Shown one piece after another: positions 28,787 through 42,444 of a stretch of DNA of 64,000 nucleotides. This DNA comes from the human T2T-CHM13v2.0 reference genome, Homo sapiens. The translations under genes were made by a program, and so were the position numbers. The stretch lies in assembly GCF_009914755.1 (NCBI RefSeq), contig NC_060932.1; one strand, 5' to 3'. The notes under the pieces are model-generated. The model had not been told where the DNA came from. It saw nothing but the letters and a program-made list of their open reading frames with translations, and did no database searches. The first letter of the stretch is position 1. The number at the start of each line of letters is the position of its first letter.

Positions 28787-30486
28787 CTGTAAGACAAAGG
28801 GAAAAAAAGAAGTGCAGAGTTGTACAGTAATATTCGGCAATTACCCATTAATCTGGGTAATTCCAATGAAGTACTGTCACAGTTACTGTTCCATGGAAAT
28901 GAGCATTTGCAGTTATTGCTTTTGCCTCCAGTCTTATAGAATGCACTCTGCATTGTGCGTATCCAGTAGGGTTTTCAGCAAAGACATGGTCACTACATGC
29001 ACTGTATGTTCTTGCCAAACCTCAGCTTCTCCATATGCAATTGTGTGTCTGGTCAGAGTAAGGGAAAATGAATGCATCCCTTAGCTTGCATTCATTGGTC
29101 AGAATCTTAACTATCTTAAGAGATGGTGCAGCTCTAGATTCAACAGCTCTCCTCAGAAGTGGCCCTGGCAAAACTGAAGATAGGACATCCACTGCTCTTT
29201 AGCTTCTAGTGCTGACTGGAATGGTGAACATTTAAAGCCAGTGTTTTTCCTCTTGGAGCCACCTTAGCACTGAGTCTTGTAAACCTTGGCCAGTCCTTCC
29301 TCAGGCCGTGCCTTCTATCTTGTGTGAATGATGCATCCTTTCTTAAGCGTCTTCTGCTGACCTCGTGCAGCACCGCAGGAAGCTGGGATGCTTTCGAGCT
29401 TACTTTTTCTTTATTTGAGCTTCTGGTCATGTTTCAAAGCCATCAAAATCTAAGCAAGGGAGTTACAGGGAGGGTTAGAGAATTACCAAAGGACACAAAA
29501 TGTCTTGGGTTGTGGAATAGCACACATCAGAGAAATCTCAAACATCTCTTAGGAAAATCTCTAAATGTGTATATCCCCAAGTATCTTAGCCTTCCACCTA
29601 CCACATAAAGTGAGGGTATGTGTCCCTCAAATGAGAAAAATGAAAACACACTTTCTTACCACTTCAAATCTGGGAGGTGGTTGGCTCATTTGTTTTGAAG
29701 ATACTCGACACTTTGCCCTAGCAAAATATTGACTTCTTTGATTTTTCCTTCAGAAAAATAAGCCCTGCTATTCCTATAGACCTAAATAAGGGAGGCAGCC
29801 AGTTTCAAGAGGCTGGCTCTAACAAAATATACCAAGGCTGTCATCTGTCTCACTTAATGAATGGGAAACTCCTGATTGAGAAGAATTTGTCTTCATTAAA
29901 ACTAGCTAAAATGTACATTGCAAATCTGAGGAAAACAATCATGACTCTGCTAATTTGAGAAGCAAAAACCAAAATTTCTCTTTTCAATCTTTGCAAATTA
30001 AAAAGGAATCTTGCCAAGAATAAACAAATCTTCATTTCGTACCTAATTTTAAAACGAATTGTGTCCCCAAATATGGTCTATTCTGGCTAATCATTTTTTA
30101 AGCAAATCCCCACTTACTTTTTCTGAGTCACTTTAGTATGTAACTAGGATAAATTTCATAGTTGATCAGAATGCAAATGTTCTAACTTGACATTTTTGCC
30201 CAAGATACGTTCTTTCCAGGTATAGCTGAATTAAGTAGGAAAAATATAAATAATTGCTCTTTTAAAACTATAACAACTTGAATGCCTGCGGTTTTATTTC
30301 CATCTAATTTAAAAGTTATCTGTAACCTTTGTTTGATAGAAGGTCTGTTGAAGTGTCTAAGAACCATGTTGAAATATTTGTGATAAATAGGCCACAACTT
30401 AAGGATATTATGCCCAAAAGTGAACTGACAGAGGAAAGTACTCTTCATATAACTGCACAGTGAACAATTTAGAAAGGGAACAGATG

Positions 30487-30800
30487 ACCAGACACAGTGG
30501 CTCATGCCTGTAATCCCAAAGCTTTGGGAAGTTGAGGTGAAAGAATCACTTGAGGCCAGGAGTTCAAGACCAGCTTGGGCAAAATAGTGAGACCATATCT
30601 CTACAAAAACAAACAAATAAACAAAAAATACCTAAAAAAAATTTAAATTAGCCAAGCATGGTGGCATGTACCTATGACCCCAGCCACTTGAGGGACTGAG
30701 GGAAGGGAAGAAGATTACTTGAGCCCAGGAATTAGAGGCTGCAGTGAGTGCACTACTGCACTCCAGCCTAGGCAATACAGCAAGAGCCTGTCTCTAAAAA
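30487..30800 (+). mobile_element. Alu (AluJ-like)
   Basis: GAGGCCAGGAGTTCAAGACC...TTGAGCCCAGGAATTAGAGGCTGCAGTGAG. Confidence 0.92.
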
Positions 30801-31485
30801 GAGAGAGAGATAAGTAGATATGTTTTAATTATTAGAAGAAGGTATTTATCAATAAAGAATTCTCAAAAAAATGGAATTATCAAAAAATTCAAAAGTTATG
30901 GGTAGCATCTCTTTTTCATCTGAAAAAGCTTAGTTTCTTATTGAAGACTAAAAAGAAAAATGCCACTTCTTGAAGGTGGATACAGCTTCTTAAATATTGG
31001 TATTTGTAGAAAAATTTGGTGGCAGGCAAAACTTGAATCATCTTTCTTGAACTTGCATTCAAAAAAGGGTAAAAATCATGTTAAATGCTAAACATTTTTA
31101 AAAACTGAAATATTTAAAGAATCCAAAATATGCTTTAGCTTAAACTTGAGAGCTAAGTTAAGTAAAAAGAAGAAAAGAATAGACGGTAGAAAGGAAGGGA
31201 GAGGAAAATGGAGAGAAGATGAGGAAGAGAAAGAGAAAGAAAGGGAATGGACAAGGAGACAGGAAGGAAGAATCCAAAGTTGAAAGTCACCTAATTGGGA
31301 TTTGAACAGTCAGTTTTTAACTCAGAATTTTGTTCTTGTTTCTTTGATTGACTAAAAACATTGAATCATTTTCCATGTAAGGCATGTTTTTCCTTTCCTC
31401 TTCAGAGTTATTTAGAAACAGTTCAAAGAAACCAATAATCTATCCATTTCTTCTCATAGAATTTGCTTTGGCAGACAACTTAGTC

Positions 31486-31900
31486 TATATTAGTTAGGAT
31501 TAGGTTTACCTACAAGTAACAGAAAAAGAAAAATGACAATGGATTAAATAACATAGAGGTCTATTTCTCTTTTTATTTCGAAATTCTGGAGACAGTCAGC
31601 AAAGAGCCGGATGTGATTTCCCTAGAGACAAGGACCGAGACTCCTCTCTTATTGCTTCATCCTCTGTGGCCGCCATTTTTAAGACCATAACATGACTCAA
31701 AATGGCTGCTGAAGCTTCAGCCATTGGTTTTGTATTCTGGCCTTGGAGGTGGAGAAGGAACAAAAGGAATGTTTCTTTCCTTTAAGGATATGCCTCAGAA
31801 ATACACACACTACTTCTGTTTACATCTCATTAGCCAAAACTTGGTCCACCCCCAACTTTGCAGTGAAGAAACCTGGGTATTATAGTCTTTATTCTTAATG
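31486..31900 (-). mobile_element. Old MaLR LTR (MLT1J/K-like)
   Basis: TATTAGTTAGGATTAGGTTTACC...AAATGGCTGCTGAAGCTTCAGCCA...CTCATTAGCCAAAACTTGGTC. Confidence 0.65.
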
Positions 31901-31931
31901 ACTTTATGCTTAACTAAAAAGTAAGAGCTTT

Positions 31932-32264
<333 letters not shown>

Positions 32265-33479
32265 TCATACTTAGCAGTTTCAATCACACAGTTCAAACTA
32301 ATTGACATGATTTCTTGGAACAGTGTTTTCATTTGTAGTACTTTATAACACATTCTAGAAAAAATGTACATATATTCTTCAGTACTGTGAGAGATTTAAT
32401 CATCAAGTATGTGAAATGAGAATTTCTGCCTCATCTTGTTTCCTTATCTTGTCTTTGTGGTTAGAAAGAAATGAAAATAAATCAGTAGCACTACATCCTT
32501 CTAGGTTTCCCATAATTTTGCAGACAGGTTTAGCTTTTCTTCTCTAGAATTGAGTTTAAAATTCTAGAGCCAATCTAACATTTTGCTTGGTCCTCATTGT
32601 GCTGCCACAATAAATTAATTCTTCTATGGTCATAACACTTGGCTATTTTATTTTGGTAGGGCCTTCTCTTCTGAATTGATTGGTAGTGTTGTTATTTTCT
32701 TGTTATTCAGTTTAACAAGTACATAATCAACATCAGTGCTTGGGAAGTCAGGAGTACGAGAGATAAATAAGAAGTATATGATCTTTTCTCTTATTTTCTC
32801 TCAGTATAAGTTGGACCTGTTTTTCCCTTCATCTCTTTTTCTTCAAGAACATAATATCGGCTGAAGTGGAATGAGTATTCAAATTGTCCAAAAAAATATA
32901 CAAGTGAGGGAATTAATAAAATTTTTTGTAATTATAAATATGTATATATTGGGGGGCAAAATATGACTTTTTATTTTTATTTTTAACCACCAGATTGAGT
33001 ATGTTGATACATCAAATGCCAGTCTTTTATCTTCCTAGTTTTTCAAATAGAAAAGTGATACTAACATCAATAATTAAACTTCCCAAGATTTTTTTGTCTC
33101 TCTCTGAATCAAGTTCGTCGTCTATTTACGTGCTTCTCAGTTGACATTTGTGAAGGCAGATTATACACATGAGACAGTGGTGAATAAATCCACCCCAAAA
33201 TTCCTTTGCAGATCTTGAGTATTTGCCAATATTCTCTATGATTTATTTACATTCTTTTTTCATATATATACTTTAAGTTCTGGGATACATGTGCAGAATG
33301 TGCAGGTTTGTTACATAGGTATACATGTGCCATGGTGGTTTGCTGCACCCATCAATTCATCATCTACATTAGGTATATCTCCTAATGTTATCCCTCCCCT
33401 TGTCCCCCACTCCCCAACAGGCCCTGGTGTGTGATGTTCCCCTCCCTGTGCCCATATGTTCTCATTGTTCAACTCCCAC

Positions 33480-36400
33480 TTAAGAGTAAGAATATGCAGT
33501 GTTTGTTTTTTGTTCCTGTGTTAGTTTGCTGAGAATGATGGTTTCCAGCTTCATCCATGTCCCTGCAAAGGACATTAACTCATTTTTTATGGCTGCATAG
33601 TATTCCATGGTGTATATGTGCCACATTTTCTTTATCCGTTCTAACATTGATGGGCATTTGGGTTGGTTCCAAGTCTTTGCTATTGTGAATAGTGCTGCAA
33701 TAAACATAGGAGTGCATGTGTCATTATAGTAGAATGATTTATAATCCTTTGGGTATACACCCAGTAGGGGATTGCTGGATCAAATGGTATTTCTAGTTCT
33801 AGATCCTTGAGGAATTGCCACACTGTCATCCACAATGGTTGAAGTAAATTACACTCCCACCAACAGTGTTAAAAGCATTCCTATTTCTCCACATCCTCTC
33901 CAGCCTCTGTTGTATCCTTTTTAATGATCGCCATTCTAACTGGTGTGAGGTGGTATCTCATTGTCGTTTTGATTTGCATTTCTCTAATGACCAGTGATGA
34001 TGAGATTTTTTTTTACGTTTGTTGGCTGCATAAATGTCTTCTTTTAAGAAGTGTCTATTCATATCCTTAACCCACTTTTTGATGGAGTTGTTTTTTTTCT
34101 TGTAAATTTGTTTAAGTTCCTTGTAGATTCTGGATATTAGCCCTTTGTCAGATGGATAGGTTGCAAAAATTTTCTCCCATTCTGTAGGTTGCCTGTTCAC
34201 TCTGATAATAGTTTCTTTTGCTGCACAGAAGCTCCTTAGTTTAATTAGATCCCATTTGTCAATTTTGGCTTTTGTTGACATTGCTTTTGGTGTTTCAGTC
34301 ATGAAGTCTTTGCCCATGCCTGTGTCCTGAATGGTATTGCTTAGGTTTTCTTCTAGGGTTTTAATGGCTTTGGGTTTTACATTTAAGTTTTTAAGCCATC
34401 TTGAGTTAATTTTTGTACAAGATGTAAGGAAGGGGTCCAGTTTCAGTTTTCTGCGTATGGCTAGCTAATTTTCCCAGCACCATTTATTAAATAGGAAATC
34501 CTTTCCCCATTGCTTGTTTTTATCAGGTTTGTCAAAGATCAGATGGTTGTAGATGTGTGGTGTTATTTCTGAGGCCTCTGTTCTGTTGCATTGGTCTATA
34601 TATCTGTTTTAGTAAAAGTACCATGTTGTTTTGGTTACTGTAGCCTTGTAGTATAGTTTGAAGTTAGGTAGCATGATGCCTCCAGCTTTGTTCTTTTTGC
34701 TTAGGATTGTTTTGGCTATATGGGCTCTTTTTGGTTCCCTATGAAATTTAAAGTAGTTTTTTCTAATTCTGTGAAGAAAATCAATGTTAGTTTGATGGGA
34801 ATAGCATTGAATCTATAAATTACTTTGGGCAGTATGGCCATTTTTACAATATTGATTCTTCCTATCCATGAGCATGGAATGTTTTTCCATTTGTTTGTGT
34901 CCTCTCTTATTTCCTTGAGCAGTGGTTTGTAGTTCTTGAAGAGGTCATTCACATCCCTTGTAAGTTGCATTCCTAGGTATTTTATTCTCTTTGTAGCAAT
35001 TGTGAATGGGAGTTTGTTCATGATTTGGCTCTCTGTTTGTCTATTATTGGTGTATAGGAATGCTTGTGATTTTTGCACATTGATTTTGTATCCTGCAACT
35101 TTGCTGAAATTGCTTATCTCTTTAAGGAGTTTTGGGGTTGAGACAATGGGGTTTTCTAAATGTACAACCATATCATCTGCAAACAGAGATAATTTGACTT
35201 TCTCTCTTCCTATTCGAATACGCTTTATTTCATTCTCTTGCCTGTTTGCCCTGGCCAGAACTTCTAATACTGTGTTGAATAGGAGTGGTGAGACAAGCCA
35301 CCCTTGTCTTGCGCCAGTTTTCAAAGGGAGTGCTTCCAGTTTTTGCCCATTCAGTGTGATATTGGCTGTGGGTTTGTCATAACAGCTCTTATTATTTTGA
35401 GATATGTTCCATCAATACCTAGTTTATTGAGTGTTTTTAGCATGAAGGAGGGTTGAATTTTGTCGAAGGCCTTTTCCGCATCTATTGAGATAATCATGTG
35501 GTTTTTGTCATTGGTTCTGTTTATGTGATGGATTACATTCATTCATTTGCATATGTTGAAACAGCCTTGCATCCCAGGGATGAAGCTGACTTGATCATGG
35601 TGGGTAAGCTTTTTAATGTACTGCTGCATTTCTTTTGCCAGTGTTTCATTGGGGATTTTCACATAGATGTTCATCAGGGATATTGGCCTGAAATTTTCAT
35701 TTTTTGTTGTGTCTCTGCCTGGGATTGGTATCAGAATGATGCTGGCCTCAAAATATGAGTTAGGGAGGAGTCTGTCTTTTCTACTGTTTGGAATAGTTTC
35801 AGAAGGAATGGTACCAGCTCCTCTTTGTAACTCTGGTAGAGTTCAGCTATGAGTCCATCTGGTCCTGGGCTTTTTTTTTTAGTTGGTCAGCTATTAATTA
35901 CTGCCTCAATTTCAGAACTTGTTATTGGTCTATTCAGGGATTCAACTTCTTCCTGGGTTAGTCATGGTAGGGTGAATGTGTCCAGGAATTTATCCATTTC
36001 TTCTAAATTTTTTAGTTTATTTGGATAGAGTTGTTTGTAATATTCTCTGACGGTAGTTTGCATTTCTGTGGGATTAGTGGTGATCTCCACTTTATCACTT
36101 TTTATTGTGTCTATTTGATTCTTCCCTCTTTTCTTCTTTATTAGCCTGGCTAGCCATCTAACTATTTTGTTAATCTTTTCAAAAAACCATCTCCTGTATT
36201 CATTGATTTTTTGAAGGGTTTTTCGTATCTCTTTCAGTTCTGTTCTGATCTTAGTTATTTCTTGTCTTCTGCTAGCTTTTGAAATAGTCTGCTCTTGTTT
36301 CTTTAATTCTTTTAATTGTGATGTTAGCGTGTTGATTGTAGATGTTTAGATTTTAGATGTTTAGATGTTTCCCACTTTCTCCTGTGAGCACTTAGGTCTA

Positions 36401-38380
36401 TAAATTTCCTTCTAAGCACTCCCTCTAAGCTCTATCCCAGAGATTCTGGTACATTGTGTCTTTGTTCTTGTTGGTTTCAAAGAACTTATTTATTTCTGCT
36501 GTGATCTCATTATTTTCCCAGGAGTCATTCAGAAGCAGGTTGTTCAGTTTCCATGTAGTTGTGTGGTTTTGAGTGAGTTTCTTAATCCTGAGTTCTAACT
36601 TGATTGCACTGTGGTCTGAGAGACTGTTTGTTATGGTTTTCATTCTTTTGCATTTGCTGATGAGTGTTTTACTTCCAGTTATGTGGTCGATTTTAGGAAA
36701 ATGTGCTATGTGATGCTGAGGAGAATGTATATTCTGTTGATTTGGGGTGGAGAGTTCTGTAGATATCTATTAGGTCTGCTTGGTCAAGAGGTGAGTTCAA
36801 GTCCTGAATATCCTTGTTAATTTTCTATCTCGGTGATCTGTCTAATACACACAATGGAGTGTTAAAGTCTCCCACTATTATTGTGTGGTAGTCTAAGTCT
36901 CTTTGTAGGTCTCTAAGAACTTGCTTTATGAATCTGGGTGCTCCACTATTAGGTGCATACATATTTAGGATAGTTAGCTCTTCCTGTTGCATTGATCCTT
37001 TTACTATTATGTAATGGCCTTCTGTGTCTGTTTTGATTTTTGTTGGCTTAAAGTCTGTTTTACCAGAGGCTAAGATTGCAACCCCTGCTTTTTTTTGCTT
37101 TCCATTTGCCTGGTAAATATCTCTCCATCCTTTTATTTTGAGCCTATGTGTGTCTTTGCACATGAGATGGGTCTCGAATACAACACACCAATGGGTTTTG
37201 ACTCTTTATCCAATTTGCCAGTCTGTGCCTTTTAATTGGGGCATTTAGCCCATTTACATTTAAGGTTAATATTGTTATGTGTGAATTTGATTCTGTCATT
37301 ATGATGATAGCTGGTTATTTTGCCCATTAGTTGATGCAGCTTCTTCATAGTGTCGATGGTCTTTACATTTTGGAATGTTTTTGCAGTGGCTGGTACTGGT
37401 TGTTCCTTTCCATATTTAGTACTTCTTTCAGAAGCTCTTGTAAAGGCAGGCTTGGTGTGACAAAATTCCTCAGCATTTGCTTGTCTGTAAAGGATTTTAT
37501 TTCTCCTTCACTTGTGAAGCTCAGTTTGGCTGGATATGAAATTCTGGGTTGAAAATTCTTTTCTTTAAGAATGTTGAATATTAGCCCCCAATCTCTTGTG
37601 GCTTTTAGGGTTTCTGCAGAGAGATCTGCTGTTAGTATGATGGGCTTCCCTTTGTAGGTAACCCAACTTTTCTCTCTGGCTGCCCTTAACATTTTTTCTT
37701 TCAGTTCAACCTTGGTGAATCTGACGATTATGTGTCTTGGGGTTGCTCTTCTCAAAGAGTATCTTTGTGGTGTTCTCTGTATTTCCTGAATTTGTATTCT
37801 GTATTTCCTAAGCCTGCCTTGCGAGGTTGGGGAAGTTCTCCTGGATTATATCCTAAATTGTGCTTTCCAACTTGATTCCATTCTCCCCATCACTTTTAGG
37901 TACACCAATCAAACGTTGGCTTGGTCTTTTCACATAGTCCCATATTTCTGAGAGGTTCTGTTCATTCCTTTTCCATTTTTTTCTTCTAATCTTGTCTTCA
38001 TGCTTTATTTCCTTAAGTTGATCTTCAGTCTCTGATATCCTTTCTTCTGCTTGATCGATTCAGCTATTGATACTTGTGTATGCTTCATGAAGTTCTCGTG
38101 CTGTGTTTTTCAGCTCCATCAGGTCATTTGTGTTCTTCTCTAAACTGGTTATTCTCTAAACTGGTTATTCTAGTTAGCAATTCCTCTAACCTTTTATCAA
38201 GGTTCTTAGCTTCCTCGTATTGGGTTACTATATGTTCCATTCGCTCTGAGGAGTTCGTTATTACCCATCTTCTGAAGCCTACTTCTGTCAATTTGTCAAA
38301 CACATTCTCCATTCAGTATTGTTCCCTTGCTGGTAAGGAGTTGTGATCCTTTGGAGGAGAAGAGGCGTTCTGGTTTTGGG
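33480..38380 (-). pseudogene. L1 ORF1 and ORF2 pseudogenes, fragmented
   Basis: Several separate ORF pieces with L1 homology; 16-bp tandem duplication (38136-38167) frameshifts ORF1. Confidence 0.9.
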
Positions 38381-39122
38381 AATTTTCAGCCTTATTGGAC
38401 TGGTTTTTCCTCATCTTTGTGGCTTTATCTACCTTTGGTCTTTGGCATTGGTGACCTTTGGAAGGAGTGTTTACATGGTCATGCTCTTTGTTGATGTTGA
38501 TGCTATTGCTTTCTGTTTGTTAATTTTCTTTCTAACAGTCAGGCCCTTCTTCTGCTGGTCTGCTGGAGTTTTCTGGGGGTCCACTCCATACCCTGTTTGC
38601 ATGGGTATCACCAGCAGAGGCTGCAGAACAGCAAAGATTGCTGCCTCCTCCTACTTCTGGAAGCTGTGTCCCAGAGGGGCACCTGCCAGATGCTAGCCAG
38701 AGCTCTCCTGTATGAAGTGTCTGTCGACCCCTGTTGGGAGATGTCTCCCCATCAGGAGGCATGGGGGTCAGGGACCCACTTGTGGAAGCAGTCTGTCCCT
38801 TAGCGGAGCTCCAGTGCTGTGCTAGGAGATCTGCTGCTCTCTTCAGAGCTGGCAGGTGGGAATGTTTAAGTCTGCTGAAGCTGCGCTCACAGCTGCCCCT
38901 TCCCCCAGGTGCTCTGTCCCCAGGAGATGGGAGTTTTATCTATAAGCCCCTGACTAGGGCTACTGGCTTTCTTTCAGAGATGCCCTGCCCAGAGAGGAGG
39001 AATCTAGAGAGGCAGTCTGGCTTCAGTGGCTTTGCAGCACTGCAGTGGGCTCCACTCAGACTGAACTTCCTGGCAGCTTTGTTTACACTGTGAGGGGAAA
39101 ACTGCCTACTCAAGCCTCAGTA

Positions 39123-39575
39123 ATGGCAGATACCTCTCCCCCAACCAAGCTTGAGCATCCCAGGTCTACTTCAGACTGCTGTGCTGGAAGTAAGAATTTC
39201 AATCCAGTGGATCTTAGCTTTCTGGGCTCCATGGGGGTGGGATCTACTGATCAAGACCACTTGGCTCCCTGGTTTCAGCCCCCTTTCCAGGGGAGTGAAT
39301 GGTTCTGTCTCTCTGGCATTCCAGACAACTCTGGGGTACGAAAAAAACTCCTACAGCTAGCTCAGTGTCTGCCCAAATGGCCACTCAGTTTTGTGCTTGA
39401 AATCCAGGGCCCTTGTGGTGTAGGCACCCAAGGGATCTCCTTGTCTGTGGATTGCGAAGACCATGGGAAAAGCGTAGTATCTGGACCGGAGTGCACCCCC
39501 ACTCACGGCATGGTCCCTCATGGCTTCCCTTGGCTAGGGGAGGGAGTTCCCCAACCCCTTGCACTTCCCAGGTGA
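39123..39575 (+). other. ORF0-like antisense ORF in the L1 5'UTR (150 aa) ending at the ASP splice donor
   Basis: GTAATGG start; MADTSPPTKLEHPRSTSDCCAG aligns with ORF0 N-terminus MAGAPPPASLPPCSLISDCCAS; CCCAG|GTGAGG donor at 39571/39572. Confidence 0.6.
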
Positions 39576-40169
39576 GGCAATGCCCCACCCTGCTTCTGCT
39601 TGCCCTCCGTGGGCTGCACCCACTGTCTAACCAGTCCCAGTGAGATGAACCGAGTACCTCAGTTGGAAATGCAGAAATCACCCACTTTCTGTGTTGGTCT
39701 TGCTGGGAGCTGCAGACAGCTGTTCCTATTCGGCCATCTTGCCTGGGAATCTGTAATTATATTTTATTGCATATTCTTCCTAGGCTGGGTGTGTGTGTGT
39801 GAAAGAGAGAGAGAAACAGAAACAGAGACAAGGAGACAGAGACAGTGAAACAGAAACAGAGTCATCTTCCAGGTTCTACTTATTAAGCAATATCCCATGA
39901 AGTCGCTGAAAAGTGTTATATTCTCCTAATACCTAGTGTTTGCAAATCTGGCAGCTGTCACTGATGATTTAAACAAGATTGGGTGACTTATTTATGTACA
40001 CACACATCCACAATCAAACTTCAACAGTCGAGTGTACCCTTTTCTAAATAATCACGTTGCTAAAATGTGCCACATGGCCCATTTCTTTAAACAATAAATG
40101 GTAAATTATTATTTTGGGGAGTGAAAGCTAAAAGAAATAATATGTCTAATACGATGTGGCATTTTCTCT

Positions 40170-40315
40170 ATACAGTACAGTTTTAGCATTGAAAAGGACC
40201 TCAGCAATTCCATTTGCCCCGTTTTCAGATGAGGAGATTGAGGCTGGTAGTTACAGTGGTTTTGCTTCATGTCCCATCCCACTGGGGCTGCTATGCAAGC
40301 TCTCAGTCTAGTCTT
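40170..40315 (-). mobile_element. MIR3-like fragment
   Basis: GTTTTCAGATGAGGAGATTGAGGCT core. Confidence 0.55.
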
Positions 40316-42397
40316 CTTTCCTCTGCACTTGGTGGCCATCAGCTGTAACAAGTCCTGACTAGACAAGGGCTTTGTTGTTGACTACAATTCAATGCCTTTT
40401 TTGCCTGCGTTTGTTTGGACCCTGCTAATCAAGGCTACAGGGCAGCTGCAGAAAGACACCTGCTATTGGCTTACCTGCTCCTCGCCTTCCCTCTGCTTGG
40501 GTCTGAGCATCAGAAAGCCACCTTCCAGTGGGTCTTTGCCTAGCTTTTGTCTTGTCTTTGCTTTTTATTCATCTTTGCTTTTGTCTTCTCAGGGCAAATA
40601 GGAAATCCTAGACCTCAGATCACTGTTCTTTGCTTCCCAAAAGACAGAACAGCTCAGTCCTGGCTGCCACCTTCTTTCTTTACTCTTGGTTTAAATGTAA
40701 TCCCACATGCCCTAGACAAGCCTCCTGATGATTTTTCATCAAACATGAAAATAGCTTACTTTTAACTGCTGGGTGTCAGTCTCTTCTAAAAATTTTGTTC
40801 CTAAGGAATTGATTTTGCAAATCAGTGCTAAAGTCACTTTTTAACTGCCTCACATACTATCATTTCTTTGACAATTCTTTTTAAAGGGGATTGCTCTTTT
40901 CTCCTTCTGGTTTCTCAAATCTACTTTTAACTTCAAATAGCAGGCATGCAATGTAGTTTTATAAGATAATATACTAGGACCATCTATCAGATATGAAACC
41001 AAGCATAATCATTGCAATTATTTCTACTGTATTCAGATAATGATAATACAAATAAGAGTACGACATACGTAAATGTTGATTAGCTTTCTGGTTCCTTCAT
41101 CAAAACTTGCGTTGTGTTGTGCAGCCTTTTCTTTGCATTGTCCAGGGGTTTTGTTATTACAAACCATAATATTTAACCCATTTCTTCTACTAATATCTTT
41201 TAATATTTATGCTATTATATAGCTTTTTATTTTTGACATGTATCTAAACCAGAAAAAAATATTCCTTGTACATGATATTTTTAGGCAAAACATAATGTCT
41301 GGAGCACCAAGTGAAATAACTGTGGAGAATGGAATGTTGGACAATTTGTGTGGCATGCTTAGCTTAATTTGTTTCTATGGCACAAGCAAAGCTCATTAAT
41401 TCCATTTATTATTTTAAGCCACTTGTTTGGTGTTATGGATTTTAAGAATCAGTTGGTGTTAGAATTTTTAATAACACAGAGAAAGCCATTGAATATGGAA
41501 CTCAAATTATCTAAGGTTTACCCAGAAGTCAAAATCACCTGGCCCTCTGTAAATTTCTCTTTGTGTTCCTAGGCCCACAAAGTCTTTGGTCTGAAGACTC
41601 AGAGCTTAAATTGCATTGGTCCTGTTAATCTTTGTCAAAAAGGAAGTTTGGGCGGCAGTTTCAGGGTAGTGTTGAGAAGATAACTCCTGGTCCCATTTTA
41701 TTCTTTCCTCATTTGTTCAGTGCTCATGGCCATCTACAACCTTCCTTGATTCTATTCTGCCTAAGCCTCTTATTTCCACATCTATAAGTATAGTGCTACA
41801 TAATAATTACAACCTTTAAGAAAATGGAGAGTTTTCATTAAAGGGCCCCTGCAAATCTATGATGCTAGATGACAGATTCTACCAGAAGGCCAGAGTATTA
41901 ATAGCACCCGTGATAACTGTAATAAGAATATGTCTCGTTTTCTTTTAAAGACATAGATATTCCATTTTAATCCTGTATAACTCAAAGAAAATTTGGGTGT
42001 TAACACTTTGAAATACCTTTACCTCCTTTGGGGGAAATCCAAACTGAAAGGAATTAATATCCACATCAGTTCCTAAAGCAAAATGCCTGACACAGACTAA
42101 CAAAGCTCTTTCTCATCCTGTGGTAGGAACTTAGGAGTGATAACTCACATTGAGAACTTGTGATCTGAAAGCACTAAGGAATTTCTGCCATTGCAGGTAG
42201 GAAAAAAAAAGACAAAAATGGTATTCTCAGGTGAGCTTACCTTTCAAATTTTTCTGAGACTTCCTAAATGTGACAAGAACTCTGCTGTGTGGCAACCTTA
42301 TGTATCCACAACAGAACTAAGGACCGAAAAAAAAAAAAAAAAAGATCTCTATCCCAATAGATTTTATAAAATCCATACTCTAAAACTCCTGAGTTTT

Positions 42398-42444
42398 ACA
42401 TGTACCCTAAAACTTAAAGTATAGTAAAAAAAAGAAAAGAAAGA
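42398..42444 (+). mobile_element. Extremely 5'-truncated young L1PA 3' tip with A-tail
   Basis: ACATGTACCCTAAAACTTAAAGTATAGTAAAAAAAAG matches the L1PA terminal sequence; TSD-like AAAACTC(C/T)T. Confidence 0.8.

Larger units (their letters stand above)
33255..39751 (-). mobile_element. Full-length (~6.5 kb) L1PA7/8-like LINE-1, inactive
   Basis: 5'UTR start GATTCCCAGGCAAGATGGCCGAATAGGAACAGC with YY1-type CAAGATGGCC; ORF1 fragments (38124-38312, 37363-37755); ORF2 fragments (37163 to 33480, incl. LFADDM); L1PA7-type 3'UTR. Confidence 0.95.

Noticed and set aside
30182-30616. 144-aa ORF and other ORFs overlapping Alus
   Set aside because: Typical antisense-Alu translations.
34716-35324. 202-aa reverse-transcriptase-like ORF
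   Set aside because: Piece of frameshifted L1 ORF2; the element cannot be retrotransposition-competent.
33231-39780. TSD for the full-length L1PA7
   Set aside because: Only loose AT-rich similarity at the flanks; cannot be called.
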